Below the pieces are notes generated by a model that saw only the letters and a list, made by a program, of their open reading frames with translations, ran no database searches and was not told where the DNA came from. This document shows positions 1 through 12,050 of a stretch of DNA of 64,000 nt, in pieces. Position numbers and translations under genes: made by a program. Source of the DNA: Octopus sinensis (taxonomy: Eukaryota); the NCBI RefSeq assembly GCF_006345805.1, contig NC_043004.1:101432001-101496000 (forward strand), given 5' to 3'. Position 1 is the first letter of the stretch, and each line of letters opens with the position of its first letter.

Positions 1-484
1 TCATAAGCCTTCAAACCCTTGTACCAAATCATCAATATGTTTTACTGCATTATATGAAGATTCTGCAGTGCCCTTGCCCCCAATCAGATACCCAACCACT
101 GTCACCTTTTGCGTAAAATAAATGTTTTACTCTACTCCATGTATTGAGTTCTTTCTTAGTTTACATTTTGGAGTATTTTCATATTATCATCATCAGCCTC
201 ATAACCATCATCGTTTTATGTCCACTTTCCAATGCTAGCAAAGAAACGATTACCATTCAAGTCCAGTTCTTATTTGAAGTTACTGCCTTCCTAGATGGAT
301 CAGGGCCATATACACCACATATTTTGGCTTGGTTTCCATGTATATGTATTTAAATGCCCTTCCTACCACTAACCACTGTAGTGGGTGTATATGAAAATAA
401 TGAGGTCAGTGAAAACATAGAAATTTTACTGAAGAGGCAAAACACTATTGGTTGATCCTCAGAAGTTGTGATAGCTAGTAGCCT

Positions 485-790
485 CTACGCCATATGCCCA
501 TGGGCATATGGCGTAGTGGTTAAGAACGTGGGCTACTAACCCCAAGATTCCGAGTTCGATTCCAAGTAGTAACCGGAACACTAACAATAATAATAATAAT
601 AATAATAATAACATAGAAAAATACCTTAGAAATGAGAACCCAGGTTCGAAATTTTCCCAAGACACCTGAAGAAGGCTGGAGGGTATATCAGCCGAAATGT
701 GTTAACAACAAACAAGATAAGGACAAATATCCGTCGAATGTAAATAATGTAAATAATGTACATAATTCCACATCTCTTAAATATAGAACT
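485..790 (+). mobile_element. tRNA-headed SINE with (AAT)n linker and Penelope-like hammerhead-bearing tail
   Basis: A box TGGCGTAGTGG (509-519) and B box GAGTTCGATTCC (~552-563), then (AAT)n and a tail shared with 49230-49420; 32-bp palindrome 485-516 at the 5' end. Confidence 0.75.
661..703 (+). ncRNA. Degenerate minimal type I hammerhead ribozyme motif
   Basis: GACAC-CTGAAGA-A-GGCTG(loop)CAGCC-GAAA-TGTGTT; lacks the CGT present in the sister copy at 49334. Confidence 0.6.
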
Positions 791-849
791 GTATCATGGT
801 AGTAGCCTCTATTAAAATTATTACTTGCATACAAAAAATGGTTAGCATT

Positions 850-1512
850 ACCCTTTAATGATCGTGACATCTAACAGTGGGTCAAGACCTAGGAATTATT
901 TCTAATATATCACAACCCCTTAATGGTTGTAATATATTACTGTGGTTTAACAATTTAAGGATTATTTCTAAGGATAAAAAATAGATTAATATCTCCTTTT
1001 AATGGTTGTAATATCTAATAAGTAAGTCAACAATTAAGGAATTATTTCCAAAGGTAAAAAAAAAAAAAAACAGGTTAAAGTTACCCCTTAACGGTAGTGA
1101 TATATTATTGTGGGTTAAAAATTTAGGAATTACTTCTAAGGATAAAAAAACAGGTTAATATTAATAATGCCCCTTAATGGTTGTAATATCTAATAGTGGG
1201 TCAACAATTTAGAAATCATTTCCAAAAACAAAAACAAACCAGGTGAATGTTGCCCCTAAATGGTTGTGATATTTAATAGTGGGTCAACAATTTAGGAAAT
1301 ATTTAAGAGAACAAAAAACAGGCCAACATTGCTCCTAAATAGTTGTTAATGGTTGCAAATAATTTTGGAATTATTTTGGAATTATTTGCAAGGACAGGGA
1401 GACAGACAAATGTCACCCCTTAATGACTGTGGCATTTAATAGTGGGTCAACAATTTGTGAATCATTAATCATTGCTTTTAATTGTTATACTATGTAATGG
1501 TGAGTCAACAAT
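850..1512. repeat. Diverged minisatellite, ~80-85 bp unit, ~8-9 copies
   Basis: CCCCTTAATGGTTGTRATAT...GTGGGTCAACAATTTAGGAATTATTT recurs near 851, 917, 995, 1084, 1170, 1253, 1333, 1416. Confidence 0.8.
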
Positions 1513-1619
1513 TTGTCTCTGTTCACAACTGTGGTATGAGTCAATATGGTTCCAAAATATAAGTCAACCTTTCTTGTCAACTAGTTCAATAATGTAAACA
1601 AAAAGCATTTCGTGGGTAT

Positions 1620-1659
<40 letters not shown>

Positions 1660-1826
1660 AATAGTATGCATGCATGTATTCAAATATATTATACAGATAG
1701 ATAGGTATATCATATAAATACATGCTCAGAGACACACATACATATACACACACATACAGACATTTATATATACAAAGAGAGACAGAAAGACGGAGAGAGA
1801 GTATATGTATAATATATATATATATA

Positions 1827-2203
1827 TTCTTTTATTCTTTTACTTGTTTCAGTCATTTGACTACACCATGCTGGAGCACCCCTTTAGTCAAATTAAATTG
1901 ACCCCAGGACTTATTCTTTGTAAGCCTAGTATGTATTCTATCGATCTCTTTTGCTGACCCGCTAGGTTACAGAGACCTAAACACACCAGCATCGGTTGTC
2001 AAGCGATGTTAGGGGGACAAACACAGATACACAACATGTACACACACACACATATATATATACATATATACAACGGGCTTTTTTCAGTTTCCATCAACCA
2101 AATCCACTCACAAGGCTTTGGTCGGCCCAAGGCTGTAGTAGAGGGCACAGTGGGACGGAACCCAGAACCATGTGGTTGGGAAGCAAGCTACTTACCACAC
2201 AGC
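1827..2203 (-). mobile_element. SINE family A (tRNA head, CORE-like central part), small internal deletion
   Basis: Reverse complement of the family whose head is GGAGTGGCTGTGTGGTAAGTAGCTTGC and tail TGACTGAAACAAGTAAAAGA. Confidence 0.85.
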
Positions 2204-2259
2204 ATCAGTTAATGTCTGCTCTCGATGTTGGCATGAGTTAGAGGATTTTTTTTGTTTTT

Positions 2260-2503
2260 CCTTTTCGAGCCATGCCTGGCTCATAAGGGCCAGTTTCCCG
2301 GTGAGCTGCAAGATGCAGGAGGAAAGAGTGAGAGAAAGTTGTGACAAAAGAGTCAGCAGAAGTTTTGCCATTACCTTCTGCTGGAGCTGTTTGGAGCTTA
2401 GGTGTTTCGCTCATAAACACACACATCGCCCGGTCTGAGATTCGAACCCGTGATCCCTCAACCGCGAGTCTGCTACTCTAACCACTAGGCCATGTGCCTC
2501 TAC
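2260..2503 (-). mobile_element. SINE family B (tRNA head), tail variant iii
   Basis: Minus strand AGGCACATGGCCTAGTGGTTAGAG...GGTTCGAATCTC; body GAGCGAAACACCTAAGCTCC shared with 20696 and 38453 copies. Confidence 0.8.
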
Positions 2504-3119
2504 ACAGAGGATTAGATGAGTAGGTGAGTTCGCCAGTGTGAAAGGTGACAGATGGATAGAGATAGGGATAGAGATGAATGCAGTGAATGGGGAACATGGA
2601 TGGAGGTAAGGTCAATGGTAAATATCAGTTTGGTGGGGAAAGTGAAGGAAATAGGGGTGAGTAAAGAAGGAAGTGATAAGTGACAGTGCACAAGAAAAGT
2701 GAGGTGGAGTACAACAGTATAGTAAAACTGTAAATAGATGAGAAATAGGGACATGCTGGGGTGATGCACAGTAAAAGAAACTGAAGTTAGAGCAACATAG
2801 GGGTAGAAGCAGAACGTGACAAACAAAGGTAGTGGTGGGGGTGATGAAGGTAGAGAAACTGGTATTCAGTAAAAAGCGAGGAAGTAAGGGATGATATTGA
2901 GAATGCAGGATGGGGGACAAAAGGAAATGGTTTCACAGAGAAGAATAACTTGATGGCACAGATGGGGGTCATATAATTGCAACACCTGAATGAGTAACAC
3001 CATAATTAGAAGAGTAATGAAGGGATAGGTGTAAGGAAGACGAATTGTATGGAAAGGTTCATTGGATGTTGGGGAACAGACATAAATGATATGCTTTTAG
3101 GACCTCATTTTCACTAAGA

Positions 3120-3400
3120 TGGATATATCTTCGCAAGCACAGAGTATCTCCAGTCATATTGGTCTTTTGTTATCTCATCCATGAGGATCAATATCCTGAA
3201 GCTGGTCTTCACAACTGTTTCTCGTGTCTTCCAGGGGCAGACCCTTCCTCAGGTTCTATTCATGTTTAGTGATTGATACTTCTTTATGCAACTCCCCTCC
3301 TCCATCCGCATCACATAACATTATCAGCACAATATTCTCTCTTGCGCACTTCATCTGATGCCCCTCATACCAAATTTTTCTCTCAGCACCATCCAGTAAA
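3120..3400 (-). mobile_element. RTE-type LINE 3' remnant (decayed)
   Basis: Minus strand resembles the RTE C-terminal coding segment seen at 27930-28125. Confidence 0.45.
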
Positions 3401-3428
3401 GTATGCTAGACTTTCTGGTATTCATATA

Positions 3429-3663
3429 CAGGGTGTCCCAAAAAGATGTACTCACTCTTTGACAGACGATTACTAATTCGCAGGAATGAGAGAGAACATT
3501 AAACCATTCTAAACGACAATAAATAATCGTTTCTACAATTTATTTTCCTGAATTTAATTTAACTTTTTTAGGATTGTATGTATATCAATAAACATCTACT
3601 TGAACACAAAATGCATGAGTACTGGGAAGTCAAAGAGTGAGTACATCTTTTGGGAAGACCCTG
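3429..3663. mobile_element. Tc1/mariner-type MITE, 235 bp
   Basis: ~35-bp TIRs CAGGGT(G/C)T..CCAAAAGATGTACTCACTCTTTGAC; TA on both sides (3427-3428, 3664-3665). Confidence 0.9.
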
Positions 3664-4157
3664 TATTTCTGCACTCACAGCCTATGTTTCACAAACATCA
3701 TACAATCTACATTTCACTCTGATAAAGAGACCTTTTGTTACCAACAAAGGCAATAGCTCTCTGAACATTCTGCAGCCAGTTTTTATTCTAATGCTTATAC
3801 TTTCAGAAAATTCTCTTCCATTACTAATTAGGTCACCCAGGTAACAGAAACTATCAACTGTCTCTTACAATTCTCTTGGGTATTTGAGTAAATATATTTT
3901 CTGTCTGTTTATCGCTCCTACACATCAGCCACAAACAAAGCAAAGTCTGCCTTATCTGTTAATCTTCTTGTGATTCCACTGTATCTTTTGTGTGTCCATA
4001 GTCTGCACTGGCTACAGTATATGGAACTTCTACCTACACCCTTTCTACTTATCAAACAGGACAATTTACCAAAATAATTATCATTCTGTCTCATTTGCTG
4101 CTTGCTAGGATGTTGGTTTTTTTCTAAGTTAACTTTAAGGTCCTTTGACTCCAGATT

Positions 4158-4395
4158 TCACTTCCAAACCTGGAATTTCTTTTCTAATTCTTTGACAGAT
4201 TCAGCTTTATGAACAAAGTCATCAGCATAGAGGAGTTCCCGGGGGCAACTTGTCTTAACCTCCACTGTTATTGCCTGGATAACTATGATAAAGAGCAGGA
4301 GAGTGATAACCAGGCCCTGGTAAATACTTACCTGCTGACTAAATTCATTGCTGTGAGAGAGAGAGTGGCGGGGAGGGAAATAGGAACAGAGATGT
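4158..4395 (-). pseudogene. RTE-clade reverse transcriptase fragment
   Basis: Translation QGLVITLLLFIIVIQAIT...PRELLYADD...ELEKKFQVWK contains the RT YADD motif. Confidence 0.8.
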
Positions 4396-4514
4396 AGACA
4401 TCCATGTAAACTAAGTTTCATTCATAAACCATGAAAATGAAAATACTCACTTGCTTTTTTATGTGTGAAGTTCACTATTATAAGTGTGTATGTGTTTATG
4501 TGTCTCTGCATCTG

Positions 4515-4557
<43 letters not shown>

Positions 4558-5326
4558 TCTTTGTTTCGTATGTATGGATAGGTGGATGGATCGATGAATG
4601 GATCGATGGATGGGTGGATCAATGGATGAATGTGCATGTACGTATGTGTTCTTGTGTATGAGTGTGACTTTGTTATGAATGACTTGTATTTATGTCTAAG
4701 TGTTGTATGTGAGTGAGTATGTGTCTAAAGTGTGTGTGTATGTGCATGTGTAAGCGTGTATATGTATGTATATGTGTGTGTGCATGTATGTGTATCCTAT
4801 TAATGTCTTTTTTTCTTTGGTTCTTTTGTCAAACAGAAATGGTGAAAAACATGTGTAATGTAATGGTACAATAACAACTAAAATTCTTTTGTTTTAAGGT
4901 TTCTATGGGTCAGATTCCATCGAATTTTTTTTTTTTTTTCTGTACAAGGTCTACGAGTACATAAGACAAAATATTTCATCATGACAATACATAGTTCAGC
5001 CTAAAAACAAAGAAGTTGCATACAAACATATTTTGAATTTTACTTTACCTAGATGTGTGTGTTGTGTGTGTGTGTGTATGTGTGTGCAGTATTTTGGATC
5101 TATTGCAGCCGATTTTACCAATTGATTCCTCACATGAGAATCAAGGGAAACCCCTATCCAAATGCTCGTTAGAATGACTGGTTTGAATAGTACTGGCAAG
5201 AATCCCTTGAAATGGATCTAAAATAATGAATTGTATAAATATTAATATACCCACTCTATTGACAAATATGTGAGCGCTTGTTTTCCCTGACTTAAGGGTT
5301 CTTCGACAACTACGTGTGTGTGTGTG

Positions 5327-5368
<42 letters not shown>

Positions 5369-5389
5369 GTGTATGTGTGTGTGTGAGTA

Positions 5390-5437
<48 letters not shown>

Positions 5438-5745
5438 ATGTATATATATATTCAATTATGAATCAAAAGCAGTGCTAGGGTTGTAAACATTATCAACAGC
5501 ACAAGTTCAATGTATGTGTTTTGATAGTTCACAGGTACACTGCTGTATAGCATATTGGGGATGACTCCCTCATAACTCTAGGTGTTAAAACACCTGAGGG
5601 TCATAAACAGACAGACGACTCACCTCCCCACCAATCCCATTCAGGAATCATGTGTACTGATATTTTGCCATTTTTGTGGCTTATCAATATCGCATACCTG
5701 AATTGAACCAGGAACAAACTGAATCATCAGTCCATGACTATATAC

Positions 5746-5890
5746 CAGGGGCAGACTGACCCATCAGTTAATCGGGCACTGCCTGAGGGCCCAGAGCTCT
5801 AAGGGGCCTGCACACTACATGTTAACTCTACTAAACAGTTATGGTAAACAGTTATGCCTGAGGGCCCTTAATACTCTCAGTCCACCCCTG
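5746..5890. mobile_element. hAT-type MITE, 145 bp
   Basis: TIR CAGGGGCAGACTGA / CAGGGGTGGACTGA; 8-bp TSD CTATATAC / CTGTATAC (1 mismatch). Confidence 0.8.
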
Positions 5891-5912
5891 CTGTATACAA
5901 ATAGTGTATATA

Positions 5913-6129
5913 CACAAGGATGTGCTGGAAAGTTACTGGATTTTGGTAAAAGAAAGTACAGGGGAGTAATTAATTATGATCTTATTTAACATATTCCCCT
6001 CTCAGATTCACACACTTATTGCAGAGGTCCTTCAGTTTTTCTAAGCCCTGTAAAACAACTCAGAACATTGAGCCACCAACCAGACCTTTTGCAATACCTT
6101 TAAAGCCAGGAACTTTTCAGCACCCCTTG
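5913..6129. mobile_element. Mariner-type non-autonomous element
   Basis: Imperfect TIRs CAAGG..GTGCTG.AAAGTT.CTGG at both ends, TA flanks. Confidence 0.65.
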
Positions 6130-6622
6130 TACACTTAAAGCTTTACACATGTACAGTTCTAAAAATATATATATTTTCCAAAAAATTACTTTCATATTTA
6201 ATATAGAATAGAAATTATCTTCAGCAGTGAACCAGGTGCACTGTCTGTTTCCACTCTTGGTTTTAGTAACTTCATTACACTTACATTGTAAATGCCAATG
6301 AAAAAGGCATGAACAGCCTACAACTGCTTCTGCCTCACAGACAAAAAATCTGAGTCCTTCCATGACACCATGTTGATTCATTTATATTACTAATATTCTT
6401 GAGACATTAATGAATATGTCATGTATTTCAGTTACCCTTTCTACAATAATTCTAAGGACGTGTCCCTCATTGAGGTTTCAAAATTCAATATTCTGCTTCT
6501 CATTCAAAGGTTGTGATTTCTTATACACTTCTATTTTATCAGTGTGTTGATGGTAATTTCAGATGTATATTTTATATATAATATATCAATGGGTGTGTTG
6601 TGTAGTCATTTGGGAAGATAAT

Positions 6623-6624
<2 letters not shown>

Positions 6625-6677
<53 letters not shown>

Positions 6678-6785
6678 CACATATACACACACACACACAT
6701 ACACTCACACACGCACACACACACACACAAACACACACACAACACACAAGCACACACACACACACACACACCACACAAACACATG
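6625..6785. repeat. (CA)n microsatellite, imperfect
   Basis: Direct reading; source of spurious HT/CV ORFs. Confidence 0.95.
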
Positions 6786-8029
6786 ATTAACAGGTAAGTT
6801 CACCGCCATCAATTCACCGTGAAGAAAGTTGTTAATCATGAGGAAAGTTTACCGAGAAAATGTATCCATAGTATCTCACCATTAATAGTTAAAAACTATT
6901 TTATTGGTAAAAAAAATGTTGAATTGATAATGGTGAACTTCCCAGACATGCAAACACACACACACACACACACATACATTAACATGAAGAAACATTCTAA
7001 GGGGAAAGGTGGATAATTCTGGTCATGGAATTTACGTAATGTGTTTTCCCTCGTTCAACAACCCCGCCCCACTCTACTTGGCACAGTTTTAGATGACAGT
7101 GCCTAGTTAAAACGCATTAAACAAACACATATGTGTGTGTGTGTGTGTGTGTTTGTGTGTGTGTCTGTGTATGTGTGTGTGTCTGTGTTTTTATGACTCC
7201 CACCTCTGTTTAAAAACTATTGTTGGTTTGTTTATGTCCCTGTAACTTAGAATAAGTGTCAGTGGTCATAGTACAATGAGAGAAACAAATAAAATGTAAA
7301 AGATAAATTAATCCAAGAAATTTCTGGCTGTCTCAAGAAACTACTATATTCCAGAGTTAATGACCAATAATATTTCTCTTCTTATTTAAGCAGCCATTTG
7401 AAGAATTTTTACCATTGTATTTAAATTTCAAAACAACAAACCAGATAATGGGATCAATTTATCATATGTTCAGAAATAAAACTTTTCAAACAATCAATAA
7501 ACACTTGACTAATGATTATCGATTATTGATTTTTCATTTGTACTGTTCACTTCATGCCTTGAAAGGCTACCCAGGAGCCTCATCTCTGCGACTGATCTCT
7601 TTGCAGCTCTTCTCCATTCTCTCCCTCCTTAGTAAATGTGTATAACCATGCAGCTCCTCTACAAGAATCTTTAACATATTTTAACCCCCTCATCTCCTAA
7701 CATAAAGAACTGAATCACCAATCTATGACTGTATACAAATAGTGATTATATATAAATAGTGTATATATATATATATATAGTTAATCCAAACATGAAAACA
7801 CAAAGAGAAAACACAACGTGAGGATGTGGAACAAATATAGTATTATTGGATGCTCAGGAAGGAGGGGAAGGAGGAGGGTTTAACGTTTCGAGCAGAGCTC
7901 TTTGTCGGAAACATAGGAAAAGGAAAGATCCAGAGAAGGGAAGACAGGAAAAAAAATCGCCAACGGTACACACGAGGTCACATTTTGAAACATATACATA
8001 TATATATATATATATATAACATATATACA

Positions 8030-8413
8030 TCTCTCTCTATATAAACGGCAGTTTGTCTGTGCGTGTTTCTGTGTGTCTGTTTGCTTGTACCCTCACCCTG
8101 ACCACGGCTTTCAACCGATTCTGATGAAACTTGACACACACATAGCCCAATGTCATAATTCAAAACTAACGCAGCGAAAATTTTGAAAAGTTCCCCCAGT
8201 TCTGAAAAAGATCGATAAATTCGACATGGGGTCGAGAATCAGGAATACGAACCACAAACTGTCTAGGGGACGCAACTCTACCTTTTTTAAATCTCAAAAA
8301 AAAATTTACCATCATTTTTTTCCATTTTTTTGCTATTTTTTGGCTATAACTCTCTAAAAATGCTTTATAGTTATTTCCCTTACAAACCTGAGCAACGCCG
8401 GGCGATACTGCTA

Positions 8414-8414
<1 letters not shown>
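8030..8414 (+). mobile_element. Non-autonomous Helitron
   Basis: A|TC 5' start (TCTCTCTCTATATAAA), 3' GC-rich segment GAGCAACGCCGGGCG followed by CTAG|T; no TSD. Confidence 0.8.
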
Positions 8415-8489
<75 letters not shown>

Positions 8490-8492
<3 letters not shown>

Positions 8493-8700
8493 ACAGGAAG
8501 CTTTACGAAAATAAACAAAAAACGAAGGCAGGTGGAGTACAAACAAACAATTGTATTAGTATGGCGCTCAGGAATAGAAATAAAACAAGTCTTTTACGTT
8601 TCGAGCCTACGCTCTTCAACAGAAAGATAAACAGAAAAGAAACAAGGAGAGAAACAAGGAGAGAAAAAAATGCATGCAGGAGCTAACGAATCAACATGGC
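8490..8700 (-). mobile_element. Penelope-pLTR-like repeat with degenerate hammerhead core
   Basis: Minus strand TTGAAGAGC-GTAG-GCTCGAAACGTA; related copies at 37960-38100 (+) and 7790-7980 (-). Confidence 0.5.
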
Positions 8701-8704
8701 GGTC

Positions 8705-8735
<31 letters not shown>

Positions 8736-8737
8736 CA

Positions 8738-8841
<104 letters not shown>

Positions 8842-8871
8842 GCGAGAAAGAAGCAACAAGAATGGATAGGT

Positions 8872-8962
8872 TTTTAGTACAATCGTTTCATACAAGGACA
8901 GGCTTTATTAAAAGTTGCAAAAATTACAGCATATAAACGTGTCCCATACTCATCAGCTAAAA
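8872..8962 (-). ncRNA. Mirror copy of the 9149-9239 hammerhead
   Basis: Reverse complement differs by one base in stem II; core intact. Confidence 0.8.
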
Positions 8963-9148
8963 TACATGTGAGTTCTCTAGACATCCTAGTGGTTGAGGCT
9001 ATACTCATGAAGTAATGTAGATAATTAAGTAACATAAACAGATTTCCAAAGTTCATTAAAGTTCTTTAAAGATGATGTACAGTCTTATCACAGAATTTTA
9101 AAAAAGTTTTAATAGCATCCACTAGGATGTCTAGAGAACTCACATGTA

Positions 9149-9239
9149 TTTTAGCTGATGAGTACGGGACACGTTTATATGCTGTAATTTTTGCAACTTT
9201 TAATAAAGCCTGTCCTTGTATGAAACGATTGTACTAAAA
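9149..9239 (+). ncRNA. Type I hammerhead ribozyme, intact core, extended stem II
   Basis: TTTTAG-CTGATGA(9155-9161)-stem II-GAAA(9222-9225)-CGATT-GTA-CTAAAA; stem I TTTTAG/CTAAAA; self-complementary stem III ACGATTGT. Confidence 0.8.
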
Positions 9240-9374
9240 ACCTATCCATTCTTGTTGCTTCTTTCTCGCTTATAATCACCCCACATTACTGTATTGTTAA
9301 AACAGTATAGTTTTTTTTGGTGCATCTAAGTTAGGTACCATATTCAAGTAAATTCATTTAAATTAACTTGAATC

Positions 9375-9392
9375 TTTATTGCTTTTTGTATA

Positions 9393-9432
<40 letters not shown>

Positions 9433-9481
9433 TATATAAAATATATATATGTATATATGTATATGTATATATGTATATGTA

Positions 9482-9580
<99 letters not shown>

Positions 9581-9605
9581 AAACATATACATATATATAT
9601 ATATA
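9375..9605. repeat. (TA)n microsatellite
   Basis: Direct reading; one of many long (TA)n tracts in the window. Confidence 0.95.
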
Positions 9606-9694
9606 CACAGGGGCATGCCTGAAACATACTTTATCCCCCTCATCTCCTAGCATAAAGCTTATAACTCTCCTCCTGGGTTCGCAGTCTTGCAAGC

Positions 9695-9905
9695 TGCACA
9701 GTGACTGCTACAGTAAAAGGTGGCACAAGGAAAACACTTAATTCTGTAAAGTGGTTGGTGTTAGGAAGGGCACCTAGCCATAGAAACCATGCCCAAAGCA
9801 GACACTGGAACACAATACAGTCCTTGGACCCATAAAATACTGTCAAATCTTCTGACCCATGACAGCTTGAAACATGAATACTAAATGATGAAGATGATAA
9901 TGATG
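9695..9905 (+). mobile_element. Family D RTE-related short retroelement, diverged
   Basis: GGTTGGTGTTAGGAAGGGCA... core and (GAT)n tail. Confidence 0.65.
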
Positions 9906-9966
9906 ATAATTACCTCTCCATTCCCCCTGTTTCATCCTCTGGGCCACTTCTAATATTCACCTTCTT

Positions 9967-10118
9967 AAGGTGGCAAACTAGCAGAAACGTTAGCACCTCG
10001 GACGAAATGGTTAGCGGTATTTCGTCTGTCTTTGTCTTTCATCCTTTTGGGAGTCGATCTAATCGACTGGCCTCCCCACCAAAAATTTGGGGCCTTGTGC
10101 CTAGAATAGAAAAGAATA
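9967..10118 (+). mobile_element. SINE family C, internally deleted
   Basis: AAGGTGGCAAACTAGCAGAAACGTTAGCA head and GGCCTTGTGCCTAGAATAGAAAAG tail. Confidence 0.75.
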
Positions 10119-10192
10119 TCCACCTTCTTGTAACTTGTGGGTATGCCCTGATACCTTTTTATCTCCATTTCCTTGCTTTTTTCTGCGTTGGG

Positions 10193-10990
10193 TCACCAGG
10201 TGTCAAATGGGTGGGCTGGAGGAAGGTCACTAGGATTAGCTTTCGGCTGGTGGAATTTCATGTTACAGAGAACCATGTCATGGTCTGAAAGAAGGGTTTT
10301 TTCCACTGTAACGTTATGTATAGTGTTAGTGTGGTTACTAAACACTAGGTCCAAAATGTTCTGATGTCTTGTTGGTGCAAGGACAAGTTGGAACAAGAAA
10401 AACTCATTCGTAAAGTCGAAAAGTGACTCTGCTGCTTCTTTGTCAGCGGTTGAGGCGGGAGTGCTTGGTTTCAAACAGTTTGTAGTCCAGTCAACACAGG
10501 GTAGATTGAAGTCTCCCATCATGAGTATGTTGCTAGAATGGCACGGTTGAATAAAGCACTTAATGCTGTTGAGGCATTCTTTAAAGCACAGTATGGGTGT
10601 TTGGGGCGGCCTATAGAGCCCAATTACTGTCAGGTCATTGGCTTTGTTGTGCATGGTGACTGATTCACAGTAGCCGTTGGAGAATATACTATTTCCATCT
10701 GCCGTAAATGAATCATGCAGGAAAATGGCAGTTCCACCCTTCCTCCTGCCGATACGATCCGCGCGGATGGTTGTGAAATTCTTCACTCTCACTTCGGCTT
10801 CCAAGTGGGAGTTGTCAAGGTGGGTCTCAGTGAGAATAAAGAAAGGGATGTGGTGTGAATGGTTACCAACCCAGTCTTCAATGAATTGGACCTTCCATTT
10901 TTGTGCATTGATGGAAGGGCTGACACCTTGTGCATTGAGTAGGAATGTGGAGGTTAGTGTAGTGGCTGGTTTTGACTGTTGCAGGGGGCT
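10193..10990 (-). CDS. LINE ORF2 apurinic endonuclease domain (truncated)
   Basis: Motifs LLNAQG, ILTETHL, GGTAIFL, LYRPP, MGDFNLP..DW, PTR..NILDLVFSN, SDH; frame extends upstream of the ORF-track start at 10804. Confidence 0.9.
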   Translation of the reverse strand, partial: SPLQQSKPATTLTSTFLLNAQGVSPSINAQKWKVQFIEDWVGNHSHHIPFFILTETHLDNSHLEAEVRVKNFTTIRADRIGRRKGGTAIFLHDSFTADGNSIFSNGYCESVTMHNKANDLTVIGLYRPPQTPILCFKECLNSIKCFIQPCHSSNILMMGDFNLPCVDWTTNCLKPSTPASTADKEAAESLFDFTNEFFLFQLVLAPTRHQNILDLVFSNHTNTIHNVTVEKTLLSDHDMVLCNMKFHQPKANPSDLPPAHPFDTW

Positions 10991-11006
10991 TGGATTTTTG
11001 TGTGTG

Positions 11007-12050
11007 TTAGTGGCAGCAATGTGGGGAATTGGTGCACTGGGGTAATAGCATAGGATGGTGTTGAGTGATGGCTAGAATGTTTTTGTGTATCTCTTTTGCC
11101 ATGTTCAACATGGCTAAAAAAGAATTTTCCTGCTTAGGGAGCAGTTTTTGGCTGGAGGTGTGGTTGCACTGTTGGATAGGGTTGTAGTTTCCACTTTTGT
11201 TGTTGTTTTTGTGTCTTCCTGAAAAGACTGGACCAGCATTACTGCAGCATGGTGTGTTTCTATTTTTATTTTTATTCAGGTTTGTGTGTTGGCTTGAAGC
11301 CCCGTTTCTGTGTTGTGCGTCGGGTCCCTGGAAGATGAGTGAAGGGACAGTCACTCAGCAACATGTTCTCTCCACGTTGGGAATACCGGCAGATTTTGGG
11401 ACTCCGAGTTGTGTGTGTTTTGAATTTCGATTTACTATTTGGTGGTGTTGATGTTATTGTGGGATGCGTGCTTTGGCCTTGGCTGGTAGTGCGTCTAGTG
11501 CCGGGTAGATGCGTGAAGATGCAGTCACTATTTGTGCAGAGTCTCTGGCGCAGTGAATAGCGGCATATTTGGGGATTTCTTGTTTGTGCCGTGGGGGGTA
11601 GTATTGAGGTGGTGATGTGGGGGAAGAGGGCAGTGGTTTCTTATTTGGTTTTCTGTTGGTATTTTTGGTGATAGAAGACGATGGTGGCAGCGGTGGTGAT
11701 GATGATGATGATAATTGTGGTGGTTGCCGTGAGAGCGGTGAAAAGATACTGGCATTTAGTGAATCATCTAGTAAGCTAGAGTTGAGGAGTAGCTGTTGTT
11801 GTTCTTGTTGCTGTGGCTGTTGTTGTTGTTGTTGTGCTTGACCGATGTTAGGGTCAGCCATTGTGCTGGGAACCAGGAGTGGCTCATTCTGTTGTTGTTG
11901 TTGTTGTGGCTGCTGATTTTCTAGCTGTTGCTGTTCTTGAACTGTGAAAATATGAAGAAGCTTTTCATAATGGCCTTTTGTCAGTTTGAAAGATACTTCG
12001 ATATGTTTCAGTTTGCTACGAATCTGTTTGACGGATCGTGTGTTGACCAC
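11007..12050 (-). pseudogene. LINE ORF1, frameshifted; poly-Q region and two CCCH-like modules
   Basis: ORF 11454-12050 is Q-rich; shifted frames give ICRYSLRQRLCTNSDCIFTHLPGTRRTT (~11480-11570) and ICRYSQRGENMLLSDCPFTHLPGTRRTT (~11305-11395). Confidence 0.65.

Larger units (their letters stand above)
8842..9269. mobile_element. Fold-back element, 151-bp inverted arms, 126-bp spacer
   Basis: 8842-8992 is the reverse complement of 9119-9269 with about one mismatch. Confidence 0.9.

Noticed and set aside
1-350. Short minus-strand reading frames at the window start
   Set aside because: Multiple stops; at most a very decayed LINE endonuclease remnant and not assignable.
501-570. tRNA-like sequences here and at SINE heads (19081, 20696, 23737 and others)
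   Set aside because: A/B boxes present but no complete cloverleaf; each continues into a SINE body.
850-1512. CRISPR-like regular repeats (also 55190-55362)
   Set aside because: Units are diverged along their length with no unique spacers, there are no cas genes and the context is eukaryotic.
6100-6381. Minus-strand ORF with a GTAAGT donor near 6280
   Set aside because: No clear acceptor or recognisable protein; left end runs into a MITE.
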